Origin: Octopus sinensis
Taxonomy: Eukaryota
NCBI RefSeq assembly: GCF_006345805.1
Contig: NW_021833484.1
Span: forward strand, 1 to 29,103
Reading direction: 5' to 3'
Length of the DNA stretch: 29,103 nt
The notes under the pieces were generated by a model that was not told where the DNA came from, did no database searches, and saw only the letters and a program-made list of their open reading frames with translations. Of this stretch, positions 1 to 11,928 are shown in pieces. Made by a program: the position numbers and the translations under genes. Position 1 is the stretch's first letter; each line of letters opens with the position of its first letter.

Positions 1-908
1 GCAATGATCACACTCAGATGGTGCTGTTAGCGCTCCACTAGCATGGATGCCAGTCACACGGTGCTGTCATCAAATTTCATTTCGATTTCACTTGTCTCAA
101 CAGGTCTTCGCAAGCAGATTTTAGTGTCCAATAAAGGAAAAGTACGCATACCGTAAATCCTCGAGTATATTACGCAGGGAATTTTTAGGGGGCTGTACCT
201 CTGAAAAACCTAAACCTTGTATATAATACGCACCCCTTCACTAACTTGAGTCAAGGAGGTCTATATAACATCCTTGGTTTTAAAATTGTATACCGTAACG
301 TCCTTTATTAATCTTTGTATATATAACATAATGCAAACGTGTAGCTTTTTTGTGCATTTTGTTTGCAGGAAATAAAGAAATAACAGAAATAACAGTAATA
401 ACGTTGCTTACTGCAAGTTATGGATGATTCTTTTATGACTTCATTGCTTTCAGGCTTAGCTTAAGGTATTTTCGCACCCGACATCACAAAATGCGTCTGA
501 ATAAACATTGCCAGACAGCAAATAGAGACTCGGACATTGCTTAGAAAATAATTTTCATTTTTAGCCTGGTATATTCCACTAGGAATTTTGACCTTTAAAT
601 TTTGGGGGAAAATGCGGATTATACTCAAGGATTTACAGTAAGTATGCTGGTTACACCTCTGGCATAGGCCACAGGTTATGGTCTCACTTGGCTTGCGAGG
701 TCTTCTCACGCACAGCATATTTCCAAAGGTCTCGGTCACTAGTCATTGCCTCGGTGAGGCCTTATGTTCGAGGATCATGCTTCACCACCTCATCCCAGGT
801 CTTCCTAGTTCTACCTCTTCCAAAGGTTCCCTAAACCGCTGGGGTGTGATACTTTTCCACACAGCTATCCTCATTTATTCGCACCACATGACCATACCAG
901 CGCAGTCA
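1..908 (-). mobile_element. RTE LINE 3' fragment (C-terminal coding plus 3' UTR), interrupted by the MITE at 151-638
   Basis: Reverse complement matches 5330-5700 and 25860-26100. The two flanks of the MITE rejoin to the empty site seen near 26000. Confidence 0.85.
151..638 (+). mobile_element. Non-autonomous Tc1/mariner-superfamily MITE (pogo/Tc2-like CCGTA termini)
   Basis: TIRs ccgtaaatcctcgagtata / tatactcaaggatttacag; TA duplication at 149-150 and 639-640; empty site visible in another RTE copy. Confidence 0.9.
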
Positions 909-912
909 TCTC

Positions 913-1530
<618 letters not shown>

Positions 1531-1570
1531 TCACATTTGACGGATATTTGTCCTCATCTTGTTTATTGTT

Positions 1571-1616
1571 AACACAACATTTTGACTGATATACCCTCCA
1601 GCCTTCTTCAGGTGTC
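1571..1616 (-). ncRNA. Hammerhead family 1, degenerate
   Basis: CTGAAGA present, but cagtc AAAAT replaces cagcc GAAAC. Confidence 0.6.
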
Positions 1617-1681
1617 TTGGGGAAATTTCGAACCTGGGTTCTCATTCCTAAGGAATTTTTTGATGTTATTACTATTGTTGA

Positions 1682-1753
1682 GGTCACTGCTTGGCATCGA
1701 ACTCAGAATCTTGGGGTTAGTAGCCTGCGCTCTTAACCACTACTCCATATGCC
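1682..1753 (-). promoter_or_regulatory. tRNA-derived Pol III head, copy A
   Basis: Reverse complement of 19678-19749 with the A box changed to TGGAGTAGTGG. Confidence 0.65.
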
Positions 1754-2272
1754 TGTGTGTATTTATGGAATGAATTTTAGGGCTTATAAATCTAATATTT
1801 TCCTAATACCAGTTCCCATATGCTGCTCATATCTGCACTCGGTCTGCTTAGGAGGTGGTTGTGTCCTAGCATATGTGCTGTTTCTTTTAGTTTTCGTATT
1901 TTCCAGTGGTGTTCTCTGTCTATTATTTTAACTTCATCCCACATGGGGAGGTGGTCTCCATTTTTGCATACATGATCAGCTATACCCGATTTATCAATAT
2001 CTCCACATGTCACAGCTTTACGATGTTCATCTACCCTTATATAGAGGTGGCGGCATGTTTCGCCTTTGTATAACCTTATCATAGCTGCATGGGATGGAGT
2101 ACACAGAGTCTTTGGTCATATTCTCTTCTATTTGCGGCTTTACTCGAAGGATATGTTTGTGAAGTGTTGTATTACTCTTGAATACTGTCCTGATGTCATA
2201 GGGGCCGCATATCTTTTGTATCTTTTTGGAGAGGCCTTTCACATAGGGTACCCAAGTTCAAAATTTCCCCAA

Positions 2273-2318
2273 GACACCTAATGAAGGCTGGAAGGTATAT
2301 CAGCCAAAACGTTGCGTT
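2273..2318 (+). ncRNA. Hammerhead family 1, degenerate (G5A, G12A)
   Basis: gacac CTAATGA a ggctg..cagcc AAAAC GTT gcgtt. Confidence 0.6.
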
Positions 2319-2420
2319 AACAAGAAACAAGATTAAGACAAATATCCGTCAAATGAAATTAATGTAAATAATGTACATAATTCCTCAACTCTTAAATATA
2401 GAACTTTAATAATAATAATA

Positions 2421-2465
2421 ATCATCATCATCATCGTTTAGCGTCAGTTTTCCATGCTAGCATGG
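2421..2465 (-). mobile_element. 45-bp RTE tail inserted in an (AAT)n tract of PLE copy A
   Basis: (ATC)n-gtttagcgtcagttttccatgctagcatgg; absent from copy B. Confidence 0.7.
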
Positions 2466-2528
2466 AATAATAATAATAACATCAAAAAACACCTTAGGAA
2501 TGAGAACCCAGGTTCGAAATTTTCCCAA

Positions 2529-2574
2529 GACACCTGAAGAAGGCTGGAGGCTATATCAGCTGAAACGTTGTTTT
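2529..2574 (+). ncRNA. Minimal type I hammerhead ribozyme, family 1, best-preserved copy
   Basis: gacac CTGAAGA a ggctg-gaggctatat-cagct GAAAC GTT gtttt. Core intact, palindromic AACGTT stem III, one mismatch in stem I. Confidence 0.75.
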
Positions 2575-3164
2575 AACAACAAACAAGATGAGAACAAATA
2601 TCCGTCAAATATAAATAATGTGCCAAGTTGCCAGAAGTTGTTGTTGACAAACAACGGCAGTAATTTTATTCAGCTGAATGCACGTCATTGATTGGTTGAA
2701 ATTACCAAATACGACAACTTTAACAGGCAATAACTTCTAAAAGACAAAAGTTTGTCAAAACATTACAAGTAAAATATTTTTATATGACACATTCAACAGT
2801 GCCCAAATTTTGAAATGTTTAGTTACAAAAAATTACTTCTTAATCCTGCCAGTCAAAGGTAAAGATCCGAATGGATGAGAATTAGTGTTGAAAAGATTCA
2901 GATATTAAGGTATTTTTTGATGTTCTTCTTCTTCTTCTTCTTATTATTATTATTATAGTTTCAAGATGTTGAACAAAATCCCATGTTTCCGAAGATGAAT
3001 TAACCAAACCACCAAGAATTCCTTTCAACACACGGCTAACATGCTCTCCCACTACTCCTACTCATGATCAGAGATGCACATATCGTCAGCCACTAAGGGA
3101 CATGGTCAACTGGTTATGGTCAAACAACTGACAAGCAAATCTGTGGTATCACATAAATGCAACC

Positions 3165-3316
3165 ACTACACTCTCGGAGTAGTTGGCATTAGGAAGGGCA
3201 TCCAGCTGTAGAAACTCTGCCAAATCAGATTGGAGTTTGGTTCGCCAGACCTCAGTCAAATCGTCCAACCCATGCTAGCATGGAAAGCGGACGTTAAACG
3301 ATGATGATGATGATGA
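3165..3316 (+). mobile_element. RTE 3'-end fragment with (GAT)n tail
   Basis: cactacactc...ggaagggcatccagctgtag...atgctagcatgg matches 5800-5960. Confidence 0.85.
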
Positions 3317-3318
3317 AG

Positions 3319-5549
3319 AAGACCAGCTTGGAGGAGAAGACCTTGCAAATGGACAGAGATTTAGAGACGTCCTACTAGAAGCCTTCGATGAAATAGAAGG
3401 GGATATAGCATCACATAATGTGGAAGACAACTGGAGGTTTCTACGGGACAATCTGCTGAGAGCCACTGACCAGATCTGTGAATGGAGCAAAGTCCCATCT
3501 CGACCCAAGGTAACGTGGTGGTGGAACAATGTGGTTGACAGGGCTATTAGACAAAAGAACAGGCTTAGAGGGACTGGAAGAACGGAGGTAGCAGGGAATT
3601 GTATCAAACTGCCAGAAAGGAAGCTAGGAGACAGGTTTATTTAGCCAGGGGGGAAGCAGATAAAAAAAAATTTGCCAATGTTCTGTGCCATGAGGACCAA
3701 AGACTGGAGGTGTTACATGTTGCAAGACAGTGTGTGAGAGAATCGTGATGTGGTAGGAGAGAAATGTGTTCGCATGGATGATGGTTCATTTGCGCTAAAT
3801 GAGGATGCAAAGAGAGAGGTTTGGAGATGCCACTATGAAAGGTTGCTCAATAAAGAGAATGAATGGGAGAAAGAGAGTTTGCCAAATGTCGACCCAACAG
3901 AGGGACCTGTTATCCAAGTTGACAGTACCTTGGTAGATAAAGCAATTAAGAGTATGAAGACAAGGAAAGTCCCTGGCCCATCAGGAATCACTGCAGAGAT
4001 GCTCAAAATATCTGGCAGTGTCGGCTATAACCTAGTCACCCGTATAGTTAACCAGGTGATACACGAAGGAGTCATACCCAATGACTGGTGTAGCAGCATA
4101 ATAGTCAACAGCTACAAAGGTAAAGGTGACGCTCTAGATACAAATAATTACAGAGGTATCAAGTTGCTGGATCAAGTAATGAAGGTCACGAAGAGGGTCA
4201 TAGCCCAACTAATTAGAGAGAGAGTTAGTTTAGATGAGATGCAGTTTGGGTTCGTGCCAGGGAAAAGCACCACTGATGCTATATTCCTGGTGAGACAGCT
4301 GCAGGAGCAATACCTAGCCAAAGATAAGCTCCTTTACCTGGCTTTTGTTGACATGTAGAAAGCCTTCTGGTGGTCAATGAGGAAACTAGGGATAGATGAA
4401 TGGTTAGTGAGAGCTGTGCGAGCCATGTACAGGGACAAGGTTAGAAGGGTGAGGGTTGGCAACAAGTAAAGTGAAGAATTCCGGGTAGAGGTTGGGGTCC
4501 ACCAAGGTTCAGTCCTCAGACCCCTCCTATTTATCATAGTCCTCCAGGAAATAACGGAGGAATTCAAGACAGGATGCCCCTGGGAACTCCTCTATGCTGA
4601 TGACCTTGCTCTAATTGCTGTGTCACTATCAGAACTGGAGGAGAAGTTTCAGGTGTGGAAGCAAGGATTAGAATCGAAGGGCCTTAGAGTCAACCTAGCT
4701 AAAACCAAAGTCCTAATAAGTAGGAAGGTAGACAAATCACAAACGCCTTCAGGTAGATGGCCCTGCTCCATCTGTAGAAAAGGCGTAGGTAGAAACTCTA
4801 TAAGATGCACAAAGTGTAAGCTATGGACACATAAGAGGTGCAGCAATGTCAAAGGAAGGCTAACTAGGAAAATAGATTTTGTATGTGGCAGATGCTCAGG
4901 AGCAATAAACACTGAAAATGCTCTGAGACCAACTTCTGCCACATCCCAGGGAGAAAAACTAGAAATAGTCGATAGCTTCCATTACCTAGGTGACCAAGTC
5001 AGTAGCGGGGGCAGGTGTACTGAAAGTGTAACTACTAGAGTAAGAATAGCCTGGGCAAAGTTCAGAGAGCTCTTACCTCTGCTAGGGACAAAAGGCCTCT
5101 CGCTCAGAGTAAAAGGCAGACTGTATGATGCATGTGTACAAACAGCCATGCTACATAGCAGTGAAACATGGGCCGTGACTGCTGAGGATATGCGTAAGCT
5201 CAAGAGAAATGAAGCCAGTATGCTCCAATGGATGTGTAATGTCAGTGTTCATACTCGACATAGTGTAAGTACCTTGAGAGAAAAGTTGGACCTAAGAAGC
5301 ATCAGTTGTGGTGTGCAAGAGGGACATTTGCGCTGGTATGGTCATGTGACAAGAATGAATGAAGATAGTTGTGTGAAAAAGTGCCACACCCTAGCGGTTG
5401 AGGGAACCTGTGAAAGAGGAAGACCCAGGAAAACCTGGGACGAGGTGGTGAAGCACGACCTTCGAACTTTAGGTCTCACCGAGGAAATGACTAGAGACCG
5501 AGACCTTTGGAAGTATGCTGTGCATGAGAAGACCCGGCAGGAAAAGTGA
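3319..5549 (+). pseudogene. Disrupted RTE reverse transcriptase ORF containing a C4HC3 PHD-type finger (4764-4895)
   Basis: Split over ORFs 3420-3644, 3750-4358 and 4620-5549 by frameshifts, a TAG at 4356-58 and a short deletion after KAF. Confidence 0.9.
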
Positions 5550-5960
5550 GACCATAACTCATGGCCTCTACCTGGGATGTAGGCAGTCCACTTATGCATA
5601 CCTTTCCTTCTTGGGACACAAAACTCTACTTGTGAAGACCTGTTGAGGCAAGTGAAAATCAAAATCAAAATCGATCGACATCAATGGAAATTGTAGCTGT
5701 GATACCAGTGCCGGTGGCATGTAAGCGAACATTCCGAACGTGGCCGTAGCCAGTGCCACATCAACTGGCGTCCGTGCCAGTGGCACATATAAAAGACCCA
5801 CTACACTCACGGAGTGGTTGGCGTAAGGAAGGGCATCCAGCTGTAGAGACACTGCCAGATCAGACTGGGCCTGATGCAGCCTTCTGGCTTCACAGACCCC
5901 AGTTGGACCGTCCAAGCTATGCTAGCATGTAGAGTGGACATTGATGATGATGATGATGAT
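3319..5960 (+). mobile_element. 5'-truncated RTE-clade LINE: linker, RT, C-terminus, 3' UTR and (GAT)n tail
   Basis: NYRGIKLL, QFGF, HQGS, YADD (4593-4604) and FxYLG motifs; C-terminal GRPRKTW; stop at 5547-49. No endonuclease domain. Confidence 0.93.
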
Positions 5961-5975
5961 ATATATATATATGTG

Positions 5976-6356
5976 GGTGCAGAAGTGGCTGTGTGGTAAG
6001 AAGCTTGCTTACCAACCACATGGTTCCGGGTTCAGTCCCACTGTGTGACTCCTTGAGCAAGTGTCTTCTACCATAGCCTCAGGCCTTGTGAGTGGATTTG
6101 GTAGACGGAAACTGAAAGAAGCCCGTCGTATATATGTATATATATGTGTGTGTGCATTTGTGTGTCTGTGTTTGTCCCCCCAACATCGATGACAACCGAT
6201 GCTGGCGTGTTATTGTCCCCGTAACCTAGCAGTTCGGCAAAAGAGTCTGATAGAATAAGTACTAGGCTTACAAAGAATAAGCCCTGGGGTTCGATTGCTC
6301 AACTAAAGGCAGTGCTCCAGCATGGCCACAGTGAAATGGCTGAAACAAGTGAAACA
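5976..6356 (+). mobile_element. SINE S1, full length
   Basis: A/B-box head, CORE-like accttg(g/a)gcaagtg motif, central (TA)/(TG) tract, 3' half ending gactgaaacaagt-like. Confidence 0.9.
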
Positions 6357-6629
6357 AACATAATTTGTCCTAACAACAAACTTGCCCCAGTGCATTCAAC
6401 ATGTCATTCACAAATGATGTGAAGCAGATGGCTGAATTACATACTAGAATTGCAGGTCCCAACATAAGAAATATACAAACTTTAGCATTCAGTCCTCAGA
6501 AGACAAGAGGATGCTATCAGGTCATCCCATAAGTTCTGTCCGATTTTACTATTTTTAAAATTGAATGAAATTTAAGAGTATTTTAGAATGTCTAATGGAA
6601 TTAAAAATTATTTTTATGCATTTGTGTAC

Positions 6630-6985
6630 TCTTTTATTGCCTTTAGTCAACCAAATCAACCCCAGGACTTATTCTTAGTAGGCCTACTAATTATTATATT
6701 TGGTCTCTTTTGCCGAATCGCTAAGCTACAGGGACGTAAATGCACCACCATCAGTTGTCAAGCGATGTTGCAGGGACAAACACAGACAGACAGACACACA
6801 CACACACACATATATATATATAAACGACGGGCTTCTTTCAGTTTCTGTCTACCAAATCCACTCAACAAGGCTTGGTCGGCCCAAGGCTATAGCAGAAGAC
6901 ATTTGCCCAAGGTGCCACAGTGGAACTGAACCCGGAACCATGTGGTTTGTAAACAAGCTGCTTACCATACAGCCACTCCTACGCC
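6630..6985 (-). mobile_element. SINE S1 inserted in the mariner
   Basis: Absent from the matching position of mariner copy 2 (about 23706). Confidence 0.9.
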
Positions 6986-7079
6986 TATTTAAACTAATTA
7001 AATAGTACATTTAAACTAATTAAATATTATTTTACAGAATAATAGAATTAAAATTTCTTTGATTAAAACCCTTTCTAAT

Positions 7080-8106
7080 ATGGAAGTATCCAAAGAGTAT
7101 TTAAGGCACACAATGCTTCATGAGTACAAAAATAGAAACTCTGCAGTCGAAGCAACTAGAAACATACACTCAGTTTATGGGAAAGAATGCTTGAATGAAA
7201 GAACTTGCAAAAGATGGTTTGCAAAATTCAGAAGTGGAGACTGCAGCCTTGAAGGTGAAGATCGAACAGGACGTTCAGTTGAGTTAGATGATAAGCTCCT
7301 TGAGGCATTACTTGAAGAAAATCCTGAATTATCAGTTGAAGAATTGGCAATAAATCTTAGTTCAAAACCATACAACTGTTCATCGTCATCTTCAACAACT
7401 TGGAAAGGTTCCTAAACTTGGAAAATGTGAGCCTCATGAATTGTCCGAAAGCAACTGCAAATCCCGAGTTGACATCTGCTCTTCTCTCAATTCTCGCCAA
7501 CTCATTTCACCCTTTTTGGATAGAATTGTGACTGGTGAAGAAAAATGGATCTTCTATTGAAATGTTAAACGTCGTAAACAGTGGCTTGGTAAAAGGGAAA
7601 AAGCGCAACCACAACCGAGAAGGGAACTTCATGGGAAAAAGGTTCTTCTCTCTATCTGGTGGGATTACAAAGGAGTAATTCACTTTGAATTGTTACCACC
7701 TAATGCAACAATCAATGCTCAAGTGTGCCGTCAGCAATTAGAGAGTTTGAACCAGGCTTTGAAGTAAAAAAGACCTGCTTTAGTGAATCGAAAGGGAGTG
7801 ATACTTCATCAGGACAATGCGCGACCCCACAGTGCAAAGATCACATCACAGAAGATCGAAGAGCTTGGTTGGGAAAAATTCCTCATCCACCTTATTCTCC
7901 TGACCTTGTTTCTTCAGACTACCATTTGTTTCGTAGTTTACAGAATCATTTGGGGGACATAACTTTTGCAAGCCAGGAGGAGGTCGAAACTGACATTTCA
8001 GCGTTCTTTGATTTGAAACCAAGAGTTTTACATTGATGAAATTAAAAAGCTTGTAAATAGATGGAAAAAAGTCATAGATAATCAGGGAAAGTACATTGAT
8101 GATTAA
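7080..8106 (+). pseudogene. Mariner transposase pseudogene
   Basis: HTH (RWFAKFRSGD), TGEEKW, HQDNARPH and HPPYSPDL motifs; frameshift near 7365 and internal stops. Confidence 0.92.
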
Positions 8107-8220
8107 ATTTCAATTAAATATAACATTTGATCATTTTTCTTTATTCAAAATTCAGACAGAACTTATGGGATGACCTGATACATGATCAGTTTTTGCTTTT
8201 AGAGTGTAGCTTGTACTTAC

Positions 8221-8277
8221 TCTGAGAATTTCTGGGGATATATAATCTGGTGTACCAACAGCAACAGACGACTGGAC
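8221..8277 (-). CDS. CDC42BPA: MRCK kinase exon (57 nt): VQSSVAVGTPDYISPEILR
   Basis: Activation/P+1 loop GTPDYISPE. ttttag acceptor and gtaag donor. Confidence 0.95.
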
Positions 8278-8614
8278 CTAAAAAATAAATAGAACTCAAA
8301 TTAATTACAGCATAAAATCAACATGATTTTAATACAGTTATATATGTAAGGGATGAGGTATTATGTACAGCCGATGTAATCAACTAACCTCCCCTACAGA
8401 ATTGGTGGTCTTGTGCCAAAAATTGGAAGCCAATATTTCATATATTAATCCTTTCGTTACCAATACACCCAAAATCACCCACGAATTTGTTTTAAGTTAA
8501 CAACCCTAACCCAACATGTCCACAACTGCCCCAGAAAACCTCTTTATGTTTAAATACAAATTTCAGTGCAAAAGTTATTTCATGATGTAAATAATTGAGT
8601 TAGGGTCTCCAATA

Positions 8615-9203
8615 CTAACCCCTCAATGGATTATCCCAAGTTTACTCGTGCATCGTAAATGTATCTTTTTAGAACCAGCACGAGTATACCCGGTCAAAAT
8701 TAACTTTTAATTTTAGCACTCAAACGAGTTTATTTGTTTTGTGTCATTTCATTTTTGAGCAACCACGAATTTACTTGCGTTGTCGTATGCCTGGCAGCAC
8801 ATATTCTGGCACCATTTCAAAGAATTTATGCTTCTAAGTTTTGAACTTTTACTTCAGTGCATTCTCAGATTCAGGAGAAGGTTGATGCCATTTTAGATCC
8901 GTCTCGTTCTGATTCTCTATTTTTTATACAAATAAAAGAATGATTTACACATTTCTTTTTCTCAAAATGGATGAAAACTTCAATATATTCAGCAATCACG
9001 AGAGCGGTTTTTCATTTCACAATCTGGAAAGCTCTGGCGATGAATTAGACACGTGTAGTTCAGACTCTGACAATTTTTCAGAAAATGACAAGGAAGATAA
9101 TCAGATAGATGCACGTGCATGGCACGAAATCAATTGCTTGTCTGATTCGAAGAGAAAGCAGATACATGTGTGATATCTGCAAGATAACTTTGTGTGTAAC
9201 TCC
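8615..9203 (+). mobile_element. Internally deleted piggyBac-like element (left end, acidic N-terminus, Cys-rich C-terminus)
   Basis: (C)TAA-CCCCTCAATGGAT terminus; subterminal IR tactcgtgc/gcacgagta; acidic ORF 8940-9173; RYMCDICKITLCVTP in another frame at about 9160-9203. Confidence 0.5.
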
Positions 9204-9501
9204 TTTAGTCGAGCAAATCAACCCCAGGACTTATTCTTTGTAAGCCGAGTACTTATTCTATCAGGACATAAACACACCAGCATCGGTTGTCAAGCGATGT
9301 TGGAGGGACAAACACAGACACACAAGCATATACATATATACGACAGGCTTCTTTCAGTTTCCACCTACCAAATCCACTCACAAGGATTTGGTCAGCCCAA
9401 GGCTATAGTTGAAGGCATTTGACTAAGGTGCCACGCAGTGGGACTGAACACGGAACCATGTGGTTGGTTAGCAAGCTACTTACCACACAGCCACTCCTGC
9501 G

Positions 9502-9503
<2 letters not shown>
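9200..9503 (-). mobile_element. SINE S1
   Basis: Family match. Confidence 0.85.
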
Positions 9504-9537
<34 letters not shown>

Positions 9538-9574
9538 ACACACACACGACAGGCTTCTGTAATGGGTGCGTTGT

Positions 9575-9711
9575 TAACAGTACAGTGAGGGTTTTAGAAG
9601 TCCAAATACACGTTAAATAAATATTGTAAATATGATGTCCCTACTTCACAGAAATTCAGTTATCGTGGCGGGTCTTGGAACCAATCTACTGTGATAAACG
9701 AGGGATCACTG
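9575..9711 (-). mobile_element. Probable Tigger/pogo-like MITE fragment
   Basis: Reverse complement starts cagtgatccctcgtttatc..., a Tigger-type terminus; no clear partner TIR. Confidence 0.35.
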
Positions 9712-9781
9712 AATTTAACACAAAAATAAAGTGATTGATGGATCTCAACTTTGATAGTCGTATTTCGAATTTATCAACCAC

Positions 9782-10166
9782 TACCATGCCAGTGGAGTAC
9801 TAACAGCTCCATCCGAGCAGGATCACTGCCAAAGCATGATCGTTACCAGTGTCCCTTTACTGGCACGTGAACAAAACAATCGAGCGAGGTTGTTGCCAGT
9901 GGCGCTGGACTAACCCCTTTGCAGGTGGCACGTAAAAAACCACCATTTCAAGCGTGGCCGATGCCAGTACCACCAGACTGGCCCGCATGCCAGTGGAGCA
10001 TAAAAGCACACTACACTCTTGGAGTGGTTGGCGTTAGGAAGGGCATCCAGCTGTAGAAACTCTGCCAGATTAGATTGGAGCCTGGCGCAGCCATATGGTT
10101 CGCCAGTCCTCAGTCAAATTGTCCAACCCATGCTAGCATGGAAAGTAGACGTTAAATGATTATGAT
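9782..10166 (+). mobile_element. RTE 3' UTR fragment with several ~63-bp units
   Basis: Homologous to 5700-5960. Confidence 0.85.
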
Positions 10167-10758
10167 ATTTTAACAGGAAGAAAAGAAGGAAAAAAATACA
10201 TTAAAAGTGTAAAGACGAGATTAATCAAAGAAAAAACCCATAAATACCTTATCAAGGAAACAAAGAAAAGAAAAAGAAGAGATGTAGGAACTAAGCAGAA
10301 TACAGGTTGGCGGAATGGGTTGTGCACCCCAGACCAAATGGCAACTTCAGCTGTACTTTGCGGATATAACTGGAGAGGAATTGCTACATACAGAATGACC
10401 TATGATACTTGTTGCAAGGGCCACTCTATCTCATGGGGGTTACTTTGCAGAAGGATTGCAGTTATCCAGATTTTTGTGGAGAAAATCAGCGGTGTGAGGT
10501 CTCGACAGCAACCAGCATAAACTGATAGGGGCCAGTCAGGCTCCTGTACATATTTACATTATGGGGAGTGATTGCTGGGTTTGTGGTTGATCCAGTAAGG
10601 TTTGAGCCAGAAAACTTGTTGTAGCATGTTATTTCTCAGATTAGGGGTCTGCCTTTTTTGTAAAAAAAAAAAAAAGGTTATTCTACTGGGACATGTAACA
10701 TCCTTATGGTCAAGACCTATTGTGATGGGAAGATCTGTGTCGAGGCCCTTCATAATTA

Positions 10759-11266
10759 CAGTAAATCCGCACTTTTTCCCAAATTTTAAAGGTCAAAATT
10801 CCTAGTGCGTCCTATATACCAGGTTAAAAATGAAAAATATTTTCTAAGCAATGTCCAAGTCTCTATTTGCTGTCCAGCAATGTTTATTCAGGCGCATTTT
10901 GTGATGTCGGGCGTGAAAATACCTTAAGCTAAGCCTGAAAGCAATGAAGTCATAAAAGAATCATCCATAACTTGCAGTAAGCAACATTTATTACAATAAA
11001 AGTATTCAGAACACTGAATAATATGTAACAAAAACAATTTGCAAACATATTTACATTCCCATATAACAGTTAAGAACATCACCAGTATTGTATTACGCAT
11101 GCGCAGAAGTGTTTGTTCGACGAGGTGCTGCTGGCTTAATTACGCACGACTCAAGTTAGAGAAGGGGTGCGTATTATACACAAGGTTTAGGTTTTTCAGA
11201 AGTTCAGCGCCCTAAAAGTCCCCTGCATATTATACTCAAGGGCGGACTATACTCGAGGATTTATGG
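10759..11266 (-). mobile_element. Second copy of the same MITE family, inverted, with a different internal segment
   Basis: About 92% identical to 408-638 and similar to 151-255; TA at 10757-58 and 11267-68; one TIR has a small deletion. Confidence 0.88.
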
Positions 11267-11491
11267 TATGTCATTCAGAGTAGTCTGAGGTCTGAGAAAA
11301 TCTGAGGTCTCAACAGCAACTAGCATAAACTGATAGGGGCCAATCAGGCTCCTGTACATATCTACATTATGAGCAGTGATGCCCGAGTTTGTGGTTCCTC
11401 ATTATGCCATTCAGAGCAGTCTAAGGTCTGAGAACATCTGTGGACTCGACAGCAACCATCATAAACAGATAGGGGGCCAGTCAGGCTCCTG
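11267..11491. repeat. 136-bp tandem unit (about 1.65 copies), with a third copy at about 10495-10590
   Basis: tatg(t/c)cattcagag at 11267 and 11403; gacagcaaccagcataaactgataggggcc occurs three times. Confidence 0.8.
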
Positions 11492-11650
11492 TATTTGTCT
11501 TCCATTCCTCTGTGCTGTATAGGTGGTAGCAGTGAGGTTACCAAGCAACTCGCAGACAATAGAATGCGCAAGTTGTAAAAATAATTTACGGACGGCACCC
11601 TGTAAAACAGAAAGAAAAAGAACCAATAGAAAGAGGGAGTTGGTACTTAC

Positions 11651-11893
11651 AGTCCCATCTGTTAATAACTTCAGGCAAGAGCCAAAATCAGCAAGCACAA
11701 TGTGGCCATTTTTATCCAGAAGTACATTGTCAGGTTTAATATCTCTGTGTACATATCTAAGCATGTGCAATGAGTGTATTGCCAAAACCATCTCAGCTAT
11801 ATAAAAACGAGCCATGTCTTCTGGTAAGCGTTCTTCATATTTGCTTAATAATGTTAATAGGTCGCCTCCGCAATAGTAATCCATGACGAGATA
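11651..11893 (-). CDS. CDC42BPA: MRCK kinase exon (243 nt): [18 protein letters not shown]...[34 protein letters not shown]
   Basis: HRDIKPDN and DFG motifs (ORF track 11459..11884). tttcag acceptor and gtaag donor at 11650. Confidence 0.97.
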
Positions 11894-11928
11894 CTGAAAT
11901 ATAAATTAAAACGTAAATATATATATAG

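Larger units (their letters stand above)
6517..8178 (+). mobile_element. Full-length defective mariner (DD34D), about 1.3 kb, with a SINE inserted at 6630-6985
   Basis: TIRs tcaggtcatcccataagttctgtc / gacagaacttatgggatgacctga; TA duplication at 6515-16 and 8179-80. Confidence 0.95.

Noticed and set aside
3083-3089. CTGACGA on the minus strand in the 2960-3150 repeat
   Set aside because: No stem II closed by GAAA downstream.
4597-4603. CTGATGA here, and TCATCAG near 7807 and 24501, as hammerhead cores
   Set aside because: They fall in the RT YADD and mariner HQDN codons, with no stem II or GAAA.
7080-8106. Domesticated SETMAR-like transposase
   Set aside because: Frameshift, stop codons, an altered catalytic Asp, intact TIRs and no SET exon.
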